Positions 1 to 9,296 of a DNA stretch of 36,454 nucleotides are shown here, piece by piece. Position numbers and translations under genes: made by a program. Each line of letters starts with the position of its first letter. Within the stretch, counting starts at the first letter, position 1. The stretch is from contig JBIOTN010000205.1 of NCBI GenBank assembly GCA_044866005.1, positions 1-36,454 on the forward strand, given 5' to 3'. The notes below the pieces were generated by a model, which had not been told where the DNA came from, did not search any database, and saw only the letters and a program-made list of their open reading frames with translations. The DNA comes from Candidatus Rokuibacteriota bacterium. GTDB lineage: Bacteria > Methylomirabilota > Methylomirabilia > Rokubacteriales > DASRDR01.

Positions 1-4
1 CGCC

Positions 5-27
5 GGCCCCCTCCGAGACCTCCCCCA
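5..27 (+). repeat. REP-like palindromic element, right half (window-truncated)
   Basis: GGCCCCCTCCGAGACCTCCCCCA matches the right arm and tail of the copies at 35972-36009 and 36416-36454. Confidence 0.7.
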
Positions 28-92
28 ACCTCTAAGGGCTGGGTGGGCGGGCCGGCGGCGAAGCCGCCGCTCGGAAGAGGGAGAGCTAGGGA

Positions 93-2459
93 ATGGGAGC
101 GAAGTACTTCGGGGCGTCCGTGGCGCGGCGCGAGGACCCGCGCCTCCTCCGTGGGGAGGGGCGCTACGTGGACGACATCAAGCTGCCGGGCCTCCTCCAC
201 GCGGCGTTCGTGCGGAGCCCCCACGCGCACGCGCGCATCACGGGGATCCAGACCGAGGCCGCCGCCGCCCACCCCGGCGTCGTCCGCGTCTTCACCTTCG
301 CCGACCTGGCGGGCTGGATGAAGCCGCTCCCGCTCTTCGGGGCCGTCCCGCCCGGGCTCGGCGCGCGGGTGGACGTGCGGATGAAGCAGGCGCCCCAGTT
401 CGCCCTCTGCCGCGACGTGGTCCGCTACGTGGGGGAGATCGTCGCCATGGTCGTGGCGGAGAGCCGCGCGGTGGCGGAGGACGCCGGCGACCTGGTCGTC
501 GTGGACTACGAGCCCCTCCCGCCGGTCGTGGACATGCTGGCGGCGGGGGAGGCGGGGAGCCCGGTGCTCCACCCCGAGTGGGGCGACAACGTGGCCGTCT
601 ACTTCGCCGCCGGCTTCGGCGACGTGGAGGCCGCGTTCCGCGCGGCCGACGTGCGCGTCCGCGAGCGCTTCCACGTCCAGCGCTACGTGGGCATGCCGAT
701 CGAGACGCGGGGCGTGATCGCCCGGTGGGACCCGCGCGATCAGAGCCTCACCACCTGGAACGCCACGCAGGTCGTCCACTTCGTCCAGCAGGGGCTCGTG
801 AGCGCGCTGGGGCTGCCGCCCCACAAGATCCGAGTCGTCGCTCCCGACGTGGGCGGCGGCTTCGGCACCAAGGCCAACGGGTACCCCGAGGACCTCCTCG
901 TCCCGGTGGCGGCGATCGCCTGCCGGCGCCCCGTGAAGTGGACGGAGGACCGCCGCGAGCACATGGTGGCCGCCGCGCACGCGCGCCACCAGATCCACGA
1001 CATCGAGATCGCGGCGCGCCGGGACGGGACCATGCTCGTCGTGCGCGACCGGATCTGGCTGGACCTCGGCGCCTACAACGCGTGGGGCATCGTGCTCCCC
1101 TACAACACCGTGGCGCACCTGCTCGGACCCCACCGGGTCCCGCACCTCGCCGTGGAGTGCCGGGGCGTCGTCACGAACAAGACCCCGAACGCGCCCTACC
1201 GGGGGGCCGGCCGGCCCGAGACGGTCTTCGCCATGGACCGGATCGTGGACTGCCTCGCCCGCGAGCTCCGGATGGACCCCGCCGAGCTCCGCCGGAAGAA
1301 CTACCTCACGGCGGCCGACATGCCCTACGAGCTCGACATCCCGTATCGGGACGGCAACCGGCTCGTCTACGACAGCGGGGACTACCGCGCGAACCTCGAG
1401 GCCGCGCTCGCGGCGATCGACTACCCGGCGCGCCGCCGCGAGCAGGCCGAGCTGCGCCGCCAGGGGATCTACCGCGGGATCGGGCTGTCGGGCTACGTGG
1501 AAGGCACCGCGATCGGCCCCTACGAGGGCGCGACCGTGCGCCTGGACGCCTCCGGCCGGGCGGTCGTCGCGACGGGCGCCGCGAGCCAGGGGCAGGGGCA
1601 CGAGACCGTCTTCGCCCAGGTCGCCGCGGACGCGCTGGGCGTCCCGCTCGAGTGGGTCACGGTGGTGGGCGGCGACACGGCGGCGATCCCGTTCGGGATC
1701 GGCACCTTCGCCAGCCGGAGCGCGGTCAACGCGGGCAGCGCGATCCATCGCGCGGCCACGCAGGTGCGCGAGAAGCTCGCCGCCGCCGCGGCGGCGCTCT
1801 TCGAGGCCGCGCCCGCCGACATCGAGATCGGCGACGGCATGGCCGCGGTGCGCGGCGCGCCCGGCTCGGCCGTGCCGCTCAGGCGCGTGATCGCGGCGGC
1901 CCTCCCCACCTTCGCCCGGCCCGGCACGGTGGCGCCCGACTTCGAGGCGACGGTGTACGAGCACCAGCCCACCGTGACCTACACGAGCGCCGTCCACGTC
2001 GCTCTCGTGGAGGTGGACCCGGGCACGGGCCTGGTCCGGCTCCTCCGCTACGTCGTCGCCCACGACTGCGGCACCCTCATCAACCCCATGATCGTCGAAG
2101 GGCAGATCCATGGCGGCGTCGCGCAGGGGGTGGGCGGCGGGCTCCTCGAGGAGGTGGTCTACGACGCGCAGGGCCAGCTCCTCACGGGCACGCTCATGGA
2201 TTACCTCGTCCCGACGGCGGCGGAGCTGCCGCCGATCGAGACCGTCCACCTCGAGTTCCCCTCGCCCCGCAACCCGCTCGGGATCAAGGGCGTCGGCGAG
2301 GGCGGAGCGATCTCGCCGCCCGCGGCGCTCGCCAACGCCGTGGAGGACGCCCTCGCGCCGTTCGGCGTGCGCGTGACCCGCGCCCCGCTCCACCCGTCGG
2401 CGGTGGTCGAGCTCCTCGCGGCCGCCCATCCGCCCGGGGCCGGGCCGGTCCGCCCGTGA
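93..2459 (+). CDS. coxL: Xanthine dehydrogenase/CoxL-family molybdopterin-binding large subunit (form II CoxL-like)
   Basis: 788 aa. Motifs: RREDPRLLRGEGRYVDD, DVGGGFGTK, PYRGAGRPE, QGQGHET, FASRS, GQIHGGVAQG, KGVGEG. The symbol is family-level only, since the form I AYxCSFR motif is absent. Confidence 0.93.
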   Translation: MGAKYFGASVARREDPRLLRGEGRYVDDIKLPGLLHAAFVRSPHAHARITGIQTEAAAAHPGVVRVFTFADLAGWMKPLPLFGAVPPGLGARVDVRMKQAPQFALCRDVVRYVGEIVAMVVAESRAVAEDAGDLVVVDYEPLPPVVDMLAAGEAGSPVLHPEWGDNVAVYFAAGFGDVEAAFRAADVRVRERFHVQRYVGMPIETRGVIARWDPRDQSLTTWNATQVVHFVQQGLVSALGLPPHKIRVVAPDVGGGFGTKANGYPEDLLVPVAAIACRRPVKWTEDRREHMVAAAHARHQIHDIEIAARRDGTMLVVRDRIWLDLGAYNAWGIVLPYNTVAHLLGPHRVPHLAVECRGVVTNKTPNAPYRGAGRPETVFAMDRIVDCLARELRMDPAELRRKNYLTAADMPYELDIPYRDGNRLVYDSGDYRANLEAALAAIDYPARRREQAELRRQGIYRGIGLSGYVEGTAIGPYEGATVRLDASGRAVVATGAASQGQGHETVFAQVAADALGVPLEWVTVVGGDTAAIPFGIGTFASRSAVNAGSAIHRAATQVREKLAAAAAALFEAAPADIEIGDGMAAVRGAPGSAVPLRRVIAAALPTFARPGTVAPDFEATVYEHQPTVTYTSAVHVALVEVDPGTGLVRLLRYVVAHDCGTLINPMIVEGQIHGGVAQGVGGGLLEEVVYDAQGQLLTGTLMDYLVPTAAELPPIETVHLEFPSPRNPLGIKGVGEGGAISPPAALANAVEDALAPFGVRVTRAPLHPSAVVELLAAAHPPGAGPVRP

Positions 2460-3346
2460 AGCCGGCCCCGTTCGACTACGTCGCCCCCGCCTCCGTGGCG
2501 GAGGTCGTGGACACCCTCGCCCGGTACGGGGACGAGGCGAAGGTGCTGGCCGGGGGCCAGAGCCTGGTGCCGCTCCTCAACCTGCGCCTGGTCCGGCCCG
2601 CCGTCGTCGTGGACATCAACGGCGTGCGCGCGCTGGACTGGCTGCGCGAGGCCGAGGGCGCCCTGGCGCTCGGGGCGCTCTGCCGCCAGCGCGCGCTCGA
2701 GCGCTGGGCGGCCCGCTGCTCGCCCCTCGTCGCCGAGCTGATGCGCTGGGTGAGCCACGTGGCGATCCGCAACCGCGGGACCGTCGCCGGCAGCATCGCC
2801 CACGGCGACCCGGCGGCGGAGCTGCCGGCGCTGCTCGTCTGCGCGGACGGCTCGGTCGTGGCGCGCGGTCCGGCGGGCGAGCGGGTCATCCGGGCCGGCG
2901 ACTTCTACCGAGGGCCGCTCACGACGGCGCTCCGACCGGACGAGCTCGTCACCGAGGTGCGCTTCCCGCTGCCGCCGGCCCGGGCCGGCTGGGGCTTTGC
3001 CGAGGTCGCACGCCGCCACGGCGACTTCGCCCTCGTCGGAGCTCTGGCGTGGCTCTGGCGCCGCGCCGAGGGGGGCGGCGTGGAGGCGCGGCTCGCGCTC
3101 TTCGGCGTCGGGGGCGTCCCCGTGCGGAGCGCGGCGGCGGAGGGCGTGCTGGCCGGGCGCGAGCCCACGCCGGAGCGCATCCGGGAGGCGGCCCGCGCGG
3201 CCGCCGCGGCGCTCGCTCCGGAGCGCGACCTCCACGCCACGGCCGACTACCGGCGGACGGTCGCCGCCGTGCTGGCCGAGCGCACGCTGGGGGCGGCGCT
3301 GGCGCGGCTCCCGCGGGACGGCGCGGGCGCGGGGGCGGGGCGATGA
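2456..3346 (+). CDS. coxM: FAD-binding medium subunit of molybdenum hydroxylase (CoxM-like)
   Basis: GTG overlaps the coxL stop (GTGA). Motifs: KPAPFDY, KVLAGGQSLVP, IRNRGTVAGS, ARRHGDFA. Confidence 0.92.
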   Translation: MKPAPFDYVAPASVAEVVDTLARYGDEAKVLAGGQSLVPLLNLRLVRPAVVVDINGVRALDWLREAEGALALGALCRQRALERWAARCSPLVAELMRWVSHVAIRNRGTVAGSIAHGDPAAELPALLVCADGSVVARGPAGERVIRAGDFYRGPLTTALRPDELVTEVRFPLPPARAGWGFAEVARRHGDFALVGALAWLWRRAEGGGVEARLALFGVGGVPVRSAAAEGVLAGREPTPERIREAARAAAAALAPERDLHATADYRRTVAAVLAERTLGAALARLPRDGAGAGAGR

Positions 3347-3870
3347 GGCGGCCGATCCACCTCACCGTGAACGGCCAGCCACGGGCCGGCGAGGCCGAGC
3401 CCCGGACGTCGCTGGCGGATTTCCTGCGCGAAGAGCTCGACCTGACCGGCACGCACCTCGGCTGCGAGCACGGCGTGTGCGGCGCGTGCACCGTCCTCCT
3501 CGACGGGGAGCCGGTGCGGAGCTGTCTCCTCCTCGCGGTGCAGGTCGAGGGACGAAGCGTGACGACGGTCGAAGGCCTGGCGCCCCGCGCGGGGGCGGCG
3601 ACGGCGGCGGAGGCCGAGGCGCCGCTCCACCCGCTCCAGGAGGCGTTCCGCATGCGGCACGGGCTTCAGTGCGGCTTCTGCACGCCCGGCATCCTGCTGA
3701 CGGCCTATGCCTTCCTGCAGGAGCACCCCTCGCCGAGCGCCGCGGAGATCCGCGAGATGCTCGCCGGCAACCTCTGCCGCTGCACCGGCTACCAGTTCGT
3801 CGTCGAGGCGATCGCCGAGGCGGCGCGCGAACTTCGCGAGCCGCCGCGTCCGAGGGGGGCGACCGCCTAG
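3343..3870 (+). CDS. coxS: [2Fe-2S] small subunit (CoxS-like)
   Basis: ATGA overlap with the coxM stop. Motifs: GCEHGVCGAC, QCGFCTPG, NLCRCTGY. Confidence 0.93.
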   Translation: MRRPIHLTVNGQPRAGEAEPRTSLADFLREELDLTGTHLGCEHGVCGACTVLLDGEPVRSCLLLAVQVEGRSVTTVEGLAPRAGAATAAEAEAPLHPLQEAFRMRHGLQCGFCTPGILLTAYAFLQEHPSPSAAEIREMLAGNLCRCTGYQFVVEAIAEAARELREPPRPRGATA

Positions 3871-3946
3871 CCCGCAGCGCGGTCAAAGGCAAGGGGGCGA
3901 CGCGCCGTTGCCGGGCGCGGCCGGATCGACCGCGGCCAGATCGACC

Positions 3947-3976
3947 TTGATCCGGCCGCCCCGGATGGAATATCCT
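3947..3976 (+). promoter_or_regulatory. Putative sigma70-type promoter
   Basis: TTGATC-N18-TATCCT, upstream of the ATG at 4012. Confidence 0.5.
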
Positions 3977-4011
3977 GATTGGTTTTCATTCGCCGCCCCG
4001 GTGGGGTGCCC

Positions 4012-4233
4012 ATGGTCGATCCCCGTCCCGTCTGCGCAGCGTGCGGTCAGCCGATCCTCCCTCGGGAGTCGGCGATCGTCCGCGACGGCAAGATGCTCCA
4101 TCTCAAATGCTTCCTGGTCTGCAAGAGATGCGGCAAGCCGATCGAGGAGGGCGGGGGATGGGTCAAGGAGGCGGACGGCCTGCTGCACCCCGCCTGCATG
4201 GTGGGAACGAGACGGCCGCCGCCTCCGGCATAG
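4012..4233 (+). CDS. Small double zinc-finger protein, LIM-domain-like
   Basis: 73 aa with C-x2-C-x18-H-x2-C-x3-C-x2-C-x18-H-x2-C. GC3-rich codons and its own promoter-like motif. Confidence 0.75.
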   Translation: MVDPRPVCAACGQPILPRESAIVRDGKMLHLKCFLVCKRCGKPIEEGGGWVKEADGLLHPACMVGTRRPPPPA

Positions 4234-4277
4234 CCCGCCCCCCGATCGGGCCGCCGGTGGCGCGCCGGGGACCCAGG

Positions 4278-4451
4278 TTATGCCGCCGGCCGCTCCGGCT
4301 CCTCGGCGCGCGACAGCCGCACGAGCGCGGCCAGGCGCGGCAGGCGCTCCAGCGCGGCGCGGATCTCGTCGACGCAGCGCCGGCAGAGCGGCTCGTCACC
4401 GAGGGGCGCGTCGCAGGTCCGGCATCGCCGATCGCCGACTTCCGATCCCAT
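4278..4451 (-). CDS. Small CxxC-x9-CxxC zinc-ribbon-like protein
   Basis: 57 aa, MGSEVGDRRCRTCDAPLGDEPLCRRCVDEIRAALERL..., preceded by a GGAGG RBS. Confidence 0.6.
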   Translation of the reverse strand: MGSEVGDRRCRTCDAPLGDEPLCRRCVDEIRAALERLPRLAALVRLSRAEEPERPAA

Positions 4452-4752
4452 ACGTCCTCCACCCCTGACCCGGCCGCGTCGACCGGGACCGGCGATGCGA
4501 GGGTCGTGCCGGGCGGCGTGGACCGGCCGCGGCGCCGGCCTGGCCGCGGCGGCGGCCACTTAGGACTCCGGGCGCGCGATCAACGGTCAACACGGCTCCG
4601 CGCCTGCCCGACACGTGACGGCGGCCCGTCCTGCGCCCGACGCTCGGCGTCCGCGGCGGCGCCCGGTCCCAAATGAGAGCGCGCCGCCGTCGCGGGTCGG
4701 CGGAGTCGCCCGGGCGGCGGCCGTCGGCGCACCGGTCGTCGCGGCGGGCCGA

Positions 4753-5763
4753 CTATCGCGCGAAGGCCGGGATGACCCGCTCCGCGAACCGGCGCATGTC
4801 GGCCAGAAGCTCGTCGGTCGTCTCGCCGAGGAAGACGATCCCCGTGTGGCCGACCGCGATCCGCTCGAAGCCACGGAGCTGCTCGATCACGTCGTCGGGG
4901 CCGCCGAAGAGGTTGCCGGCCCGGAACTCGGCGACCACGGCCGCCTCCGAGTGCTCGCCATGGTGCGCGACGAGTCGCCGGAAGTGCTGGGAGCGCCGGA
5001 GCTTCGCCTCGGCGTCCGCGGCGTCGCGGCCGAGGCTCGCCCAGAGCTGGACGGAGAGGTCGAGTGAGGCGGCGTCCCGGCCCGCCTCGGCCGCGCCGGC
5101 CGCGAGCTCGCGCCGGGCCTCCACGACCTGCGCCGGCCGGACGCCGGCGAGGATGAGCCCGTCGGCGAGACGGCCCGCGCGCCGGAGGGCCGGCGCGCCG
5201 TGCGCGCTGACGTGGATCGGGAACGGCACCTGGGCGGGCTTGGGCGCGAGCTCGACCTCGCCGAAGCGCACGTACTCGCCGTCGAAGCGCGCCCGGCGGC
5301 GGGTGAACAGGAGCCGGAGCGCCTGGATGCCTTCCTCGAGCACGAGGCCGCGCTGGGCGCTCCTGAGCGCCGGGTGGACGGCCTCGAATTCCTCCCGATA
5401 GGCGCCGAGCCCGACGCCCAGGACGACCCGGCCCTCGCTCAGCACGTCGAGCGTCGCGACCTGCCGGGCGAGCAGGATCACCTCCCGCTGGGGCAGCACC
5501 AGGACGCTCAGGACGAAGCGGAGGCGCCGGGTGACGGGAACCAACGAGGCGTACGCGATCAGCGGCTCGTAGAAGTTGGGCGGCGCCGGCTGCGTGGCCT
5601 GGATGACGGCCGGGGTGGTGAAGTGGTCGTTGCCCCAGAGCGAGTCGTAGCCGAGCTCCTCGGCGCGGCGCGCGATCGCGGCGAACTCCTGCGGCCGCAC
5701 GTACGGGACGGGGTACGCGACCCCCTCGCGGCAGGTGGGGAGCCCGACGCCGAAGCGCATCAC
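4753..5763 (-). CDS. LLM-class (luciferase-like) flavin/F420-dependent oxidoreductase
   Basis: MRFGVGLP...AEELGYDSLWGNDH...LARQVATLDVLSEGRVVLGVGLG. Confidence 0.92.
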   Translation of the reverse strand: MMRFGVGLPTCREGVAYPVPYVRPQEFAAIARRAEELGYDSLWGNDHFTTPAVIQATQPAPPNFYEPLIAYASLVPVTRRLRFVLSVLVLPQREVILLARQVATLDVLSEGRVVLGVGLGAYREEFEAVHPALRSAQRGLVLEEGIQALRLLFTRRRARFDGEYVRFGEVELAPKPAQVPFPIHVSAHGAPALRRAGRLADGLILAGVRPAQVVEARRELAAGAAEAGRDAASLDLSVQLWASLGRDAADAEAKLRRSQHFRRLVAHHGEHSEAAVVAEFRAGNLFGGPDDVIEQLRGFERIAVGHTGIVFLGETTDELLADMRRFAERVIPAFAR

Positions 5764-5785
5764 GCCGCCGGTCGCGGGCGCCGGG

Positions 5786-6694
5786 TCACACGCCCGCCGC
5801 CCGGCCCGGCCGCCGCCACGGCGTGAGTCGGCGGAGCGCCGCCGCGAGCCGGGCGGACGGCCGGATGGCGATCCCGCGCCGGGTCGCGCGCGCCCGGTGC
5901 GCCACGACGTCCTGGAGGCTGTCGGAGACCATCTGGAACGCCAGCGCGATGAGGAAGATCGCCGCGCCCGAGGCGAGCGAGATCCACGGGGCCAGGAGCA
6001 GGTACGAATAGCCTTCCCGCAGCATGCGGCCCCAGGAGAGCGCGGGCGGCGGCACCCCCAGACCGAGGAAGCTGAGGCTGGCCTCGGTCAGGATCGCGGT
6101 CCCGACGCCGAACGAGGCCTGGACGAGCAGGACGTCGCTCAGGTTCGGCAGGAGGTGGCGCCACATGATCCGGAGCCGCCCCACGCCGAGCGCGCCCGCC
6201 GCCGTGACGAACTCCCGCTCCCGCAGCGAGAGGACCTCGCCCCGCACGAGCATCGCGAAGGTCGGGACGAAGGTGACGGCCAGCGCCCCGATGACGTTCC
6301 AGAGGCTCACGCCCAGGAACGCGGTGATGGCCATCGCCAGGACCAGCGACGGGAAGACGAGCAGCGCGTCCATGGCGCGCATCAAGAGGTCCGCCGCGCG
6401 GCCGGGCACGCTGCCGGCCACGAGGCCGACCGCCGTCCCCACGGCCAGGCCGGCCGCGACCGAGACGAGCCCGACGACCATGGAGATGCGGGCGCCGGCG
6501 ATCAGCTGGCTGAGCACGTCGCGCCCCAGGGGGTCGGTCCCGAAGAGATGCGCGACGCTCGGCCCCGCCAGCGCGCTCCGCGGGTCGTAGCGCAAGGGGT
6601 CATAGGGCGCGATCCGCGGGCCCAGGACGGCGCAGAGCAGGGCGAGGCCGATGAGGAGCGCGCCCCCGCAGGCCTGCGCGAGGGGATTACCCAT
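5786..6694 (-). CDS. Peptide/nickel-type ABC permease (DppC/OppC-like)
   Basis: HLFGTDPLGRDVLS, EFVTAAGALG (EAA loop), EASLSFLGLG. Confidence 0.93.
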   Translation of the reverse strand: MGNPLAQACGGALLIGLALLCAVLGPRIAPYDPLRYDPRSALAGPSVAHLFGTDPLGRDVLSQLIAGARISMVVGLVSVAAGLAVGTAVGLVAGSVPGRAADLLMRAMDALLVFPSLVLAMAITAFLGVSLWNVIGALAVTFVPTFAMLVRGEVLSLREREFVTAAGALGVGRLRIMWRHLLPNLSDVLLVQASFGVGTAILTEASLSFLGLGVPPPALSWGRMLREGYSYLLLAPWISLASGAAIFLIALAFQMVSDSLQDVVAHRARATRRGIAIRPSARLAAALRRLTPWRRPGRAAGV

Positions 6695-7631
6695 GCCGCA
6701 CGCGCGGGTCCACGACCGCGTACCCGACCTCGACCAGGAGGTTGGTCAGGAACACCCCGACCGTGACGACGACGATCACCCCCTGCACGACCGGGAAGTC
6801 CCGGCTCAGGATCGAATCCACGAGGAGGATGCCGACGCCGGGAAGCGCGAAGATCGTCTCGGTGACCACGGCGCCGCCGAAGAGGCGGGAGACGCTGACG
6901 CCCAGCACGCTGAGCACCGGCAGCAGCGAGTTCCGGAGGGCGTGCACCCACAGGACCCTCGCCTCCCGCACGCCCTTCGCCCGCGCGGTGCGCACGTACT
7001 CGCTCTCCAGCGCCTCGAGCATCTTGGCGCGGGTGAGCCGCGCCAGGTTCGAGAAGTACGCGGCGCTCAGGGTCACGACGGGCAGCACCATCGCCCGCAG
7101 GTTTCCCACCGGGTCGTCGGCGAACGGGACGCTGCCCGAGGAGGGCAAGAGGCGCAGGTGCAGGGCGAAGAGCAGGATGAGGAGGATCCCGATCCAGAAG
7201 TTCGGCATGGCGGTGCCCAGCGCCGTGAGCAGCGAGATGCCGAAGTCGAGCCGGGTGTGCGGGCGGACCGCGGCGAGGATCCCCAGCACCACCGCCAGCG
7301 CGAGCGCGAGTCCGAGCGACAGGAAGGTGAGCTCGAGGGTGACGGGCAACCGGGCGACGATCGCCTCCAGCACCGGTTGGGCCGTGCGGAACGATCGGCC
7401 CCAGTCCCCCACGGCGAGCCGCGAGAGCCAGTCGAGGTACTGGACGTGGGTCGGCCGATCGAAGCCCAGGTCGTGCCGCAGCCGCGCGATGGTCGCCGGA
7501 TCGGCATCCCGGCCGAGCATGAGCACGACGGGGTCGCCGAGGAGTGCCTGCATCAGGCCGAAGACGAGCGCGGTCAGGAACAGGATCGCGAACAGCATCG
7601 TCGCGACCCGACGGAGGACGAAGACCCACAC
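6687..7631 (-). CDS. Peptide/nickel-type ABC permease (DppB/OppB-like)
   Basis: GDWGRSF, EYVRTARAKG, GAVVTETIFALPGVG, RDFPVVQG. Confidence 0.94.
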   Translation of the reverse strand: MWVFVLRRVATMLFAILFLTALVFGLMQALLGDPVVLMLGRDADPATIARLRHDLGFDRPTHVQYLDWLSRLAVGDWGRSFRTAQPVLEAIVARLPVTLELTFLSLGLALALAVVLGILAAVRPHTRLDFGISLLTALGTAMPNFWIGILLILLFALHLRLLPSSGSVPFADDPVGNLRAMVLPVVTLSAAYFSNLARLTRAKMLEALESEYVRTARAKGVREARVLWVHALRNSLLPVLSVLGVSVSRLFGGAVVTETIFALPGVGILLVDSILSRDFPVVQGVIVVVTVGVFLTNLLVEVGYAVVDPRVRHG

Positions 7632-7663
7632 GAGCCCGGCTCAGGCCCGGCGCGCCGGCGGCG

Positions 7664-9220
7664 CTATCTCTCCAGCCACAGCTCCCGGAAGCGCGGGATG
7701 AGATCGGGCACCCATGCCCAGTTCTGAACCCGCCGGCTCATGACGGCGAACTCGGTGGTGTAGTCGAGGAAGACGTAGGGCACGTCGTCCACGATGAGCC
7801 GCTCGGCTTCGTAGTAGAGCGGCTTCCGCCGCTCGGGCTCGTAGATCCCCGCCGCCCGGTCGAGCAGCTCGTCGACCCGCGGGTTGGCGTAGCCCGTGGA
7901 GTTGGCGAAGCCCTTGCTGTGGAAGAGGATGTAGAGGAGACCGTTGGGGTCCGCCCGCTGGGTCCACCGGGTGTGGGTCCAGTTCGTCTTGCGCTGGACG
8001 ATCAGCGCGTAAGCGTCGGCCGAGTTCGTGAGCTCGAGCTCCATCGTCACGTTGATCTTCTGGAGCTGGCTCTGGAGGAGCTCCGCCTGCCGGATCCACT
8101 GGGGGGTGTTCTCGACGACGAACTTGTGGCGGAAGCCGTTCGGGTAGCCCGCCTCGGCGAGCTTCTTCCTGGCGAGCTCGGGGTCGTGGCCGAAGCCCTT
8201 GAGGCCCGGGTCGAACCACCAGAGGCCCGGCGTCACCGGGCCGCGGGCCGCCTCCCCGAACCCCCGCAGGAGGACGTCCTTCAGCTCGTTCCGGTCGATG
8301 GCCAGGGCGATCGCCTGGCGCAGGGCCTTGTTGTTGAAGGGCGGCTTGTCCACGTGCCACTGGAGCGACGTCCAGCGCGCGGGCGGCCGCATGTCGGAGA
8401 CGCGAAGGTTCGCCTCCCCCTGGAGGCCCGGCACGTCCTTGGCGTCCACGTCCGTGGCGATGTCCACCTCGCCGGTGCGGACCATGGTGACCCGGACGGT
8501 CGGGTCGGGCACCACCCGGAAGACGACGCGATCCAGGTAGGGCTTCCCCTTCTCCCAGTAGTCGGCGAACCGCTCGAGGACCACCTGGGAGTCCGGCACC
8601 CACTCCACGAACCGGAAGGGCCCCGTCCCCACCGGCCGCCGGCCGAAGTCGGGCCCGGCCTGCTTCACGGCCGCCGGCGAGACGATGAAGCCGGGCCGCT
8701 CGGCGAGGGCGGCGAGCAGCGGCGCGAAGGGCTTCTTCAGCTCGAAGGTCACCGTGGCGGGATCGACCACCCGGACCGCGGCCACGGCCGGCTCGAGCTG
8801 GCTCCGCTGCGGGGACTTCGTCTGCGGGTCCAGGATGCGCTCGACGTTCCACTTCACGACCTCCGCCGTGAAGTCGCTGCCGTCGTGGAACTTGACCCCG
8901 CGCTGGAGCTGGAAGGTCACCTGCTTGCCGTCGGGGGAGACCTGCCAGGACCGCGCCAGCTCCGGCACCACGGTGAAGCTCCGGTCCAGCCCCACGAGCG
9001 TGTTGAAGACCAGGTAGAGGACGTAGCGCTCGGAGAACTGCACGGAGAAGTGCGGGTCCAGGGTCTTGGCGTCGGGGATCCATCCGATGCGGAGCGTGCC
9101 GCCCCGGACGGGCGCCTGGGCCTCCACCCGCGGGGCGAGCGCCGGCGCGAGCCCGGTGGCCAGCGCGAGGGCGATCGCCCCCGCGGTCATGTGTGCTCGC
9201 CTCGTTCGTGTCGTCCTCAT
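7664..9220 (-). CDS. ABC transporter substrate-binding protein, family 5 (DppA/OppA-like)
   Basis: GGAGGTGG RBS before the ATG at 9220, signal peptide, GVKFHDGSDFTAEVVKWN, PVGTGPFRF. Confidence 0.92.
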   Translation of the reverse strand: MRTTRTRRAHMTAGAIALALATGLAPALAPRVEAQAPVRGGTLRIGWIPDAKTLDPHFSVQFSERYVLYLVFNTLVGLDRSFTVVPELARSWQVSPDGKQVTFQLQRGVKFHDGSDFTAEVVKWNVERILDPQTKSPQRSQLEPAVAAVRVVDPATVTFELKKPFAPLLAALAERPGFIVSPAAVKQAGPDFGRRPVGTGPFRFVEWVPDSQVVLERFADYWEKGKPYLDRVVFRVVPDPTVRVTMVRTGEVDIATDVDAKDVPGLQGEANLRVSDMRPPARWTSLQWHVDKPPFNNKALRQAIALAIDRNELKDVLLRGFGEAARGPVTPGLWWFDPGLKGFGHDPELARKKLAEAGYPNGFRHKFVVENTPQWIRQAELLQSQLQKINVTMELELTNSADAYALIVQRKTNWTHTRWTQRADPNGLLYILFHSKGFANSTGYANPRVDELLDRAAGIYEPERRKPLYYEAERLIVDDVPYVFLDYTTEFAVMSRRVQNWAWVPDLIPRFRELWLER

Positions 9221-9296
9221 CGCCGGCCACCTCCTGTGCGGTGCGCCGCAGACGCGAGAGCTCGGCGGGGGGCCGTGCCTCACCCGCCCGCCCCGC

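Noticed and set aside
578..3346. Apparent 922-aa protein with a long N-terminal extension on CoxM (likewise 9717..11864, 14768..16039, 30121..31734)
   Set aside because: The extensions are alternate frames of the upstream genes. The true starts have an RBS or stop-start overlap at 2456, 10145, 15644 and 30520.
4600..4750. GC-rich potential stem-loop region downstream of the LLM gene as an ncRNA
   Set aside because: The pairing is expected by chance at this GC content and no riboswitch or ncRNA motif was recognised.
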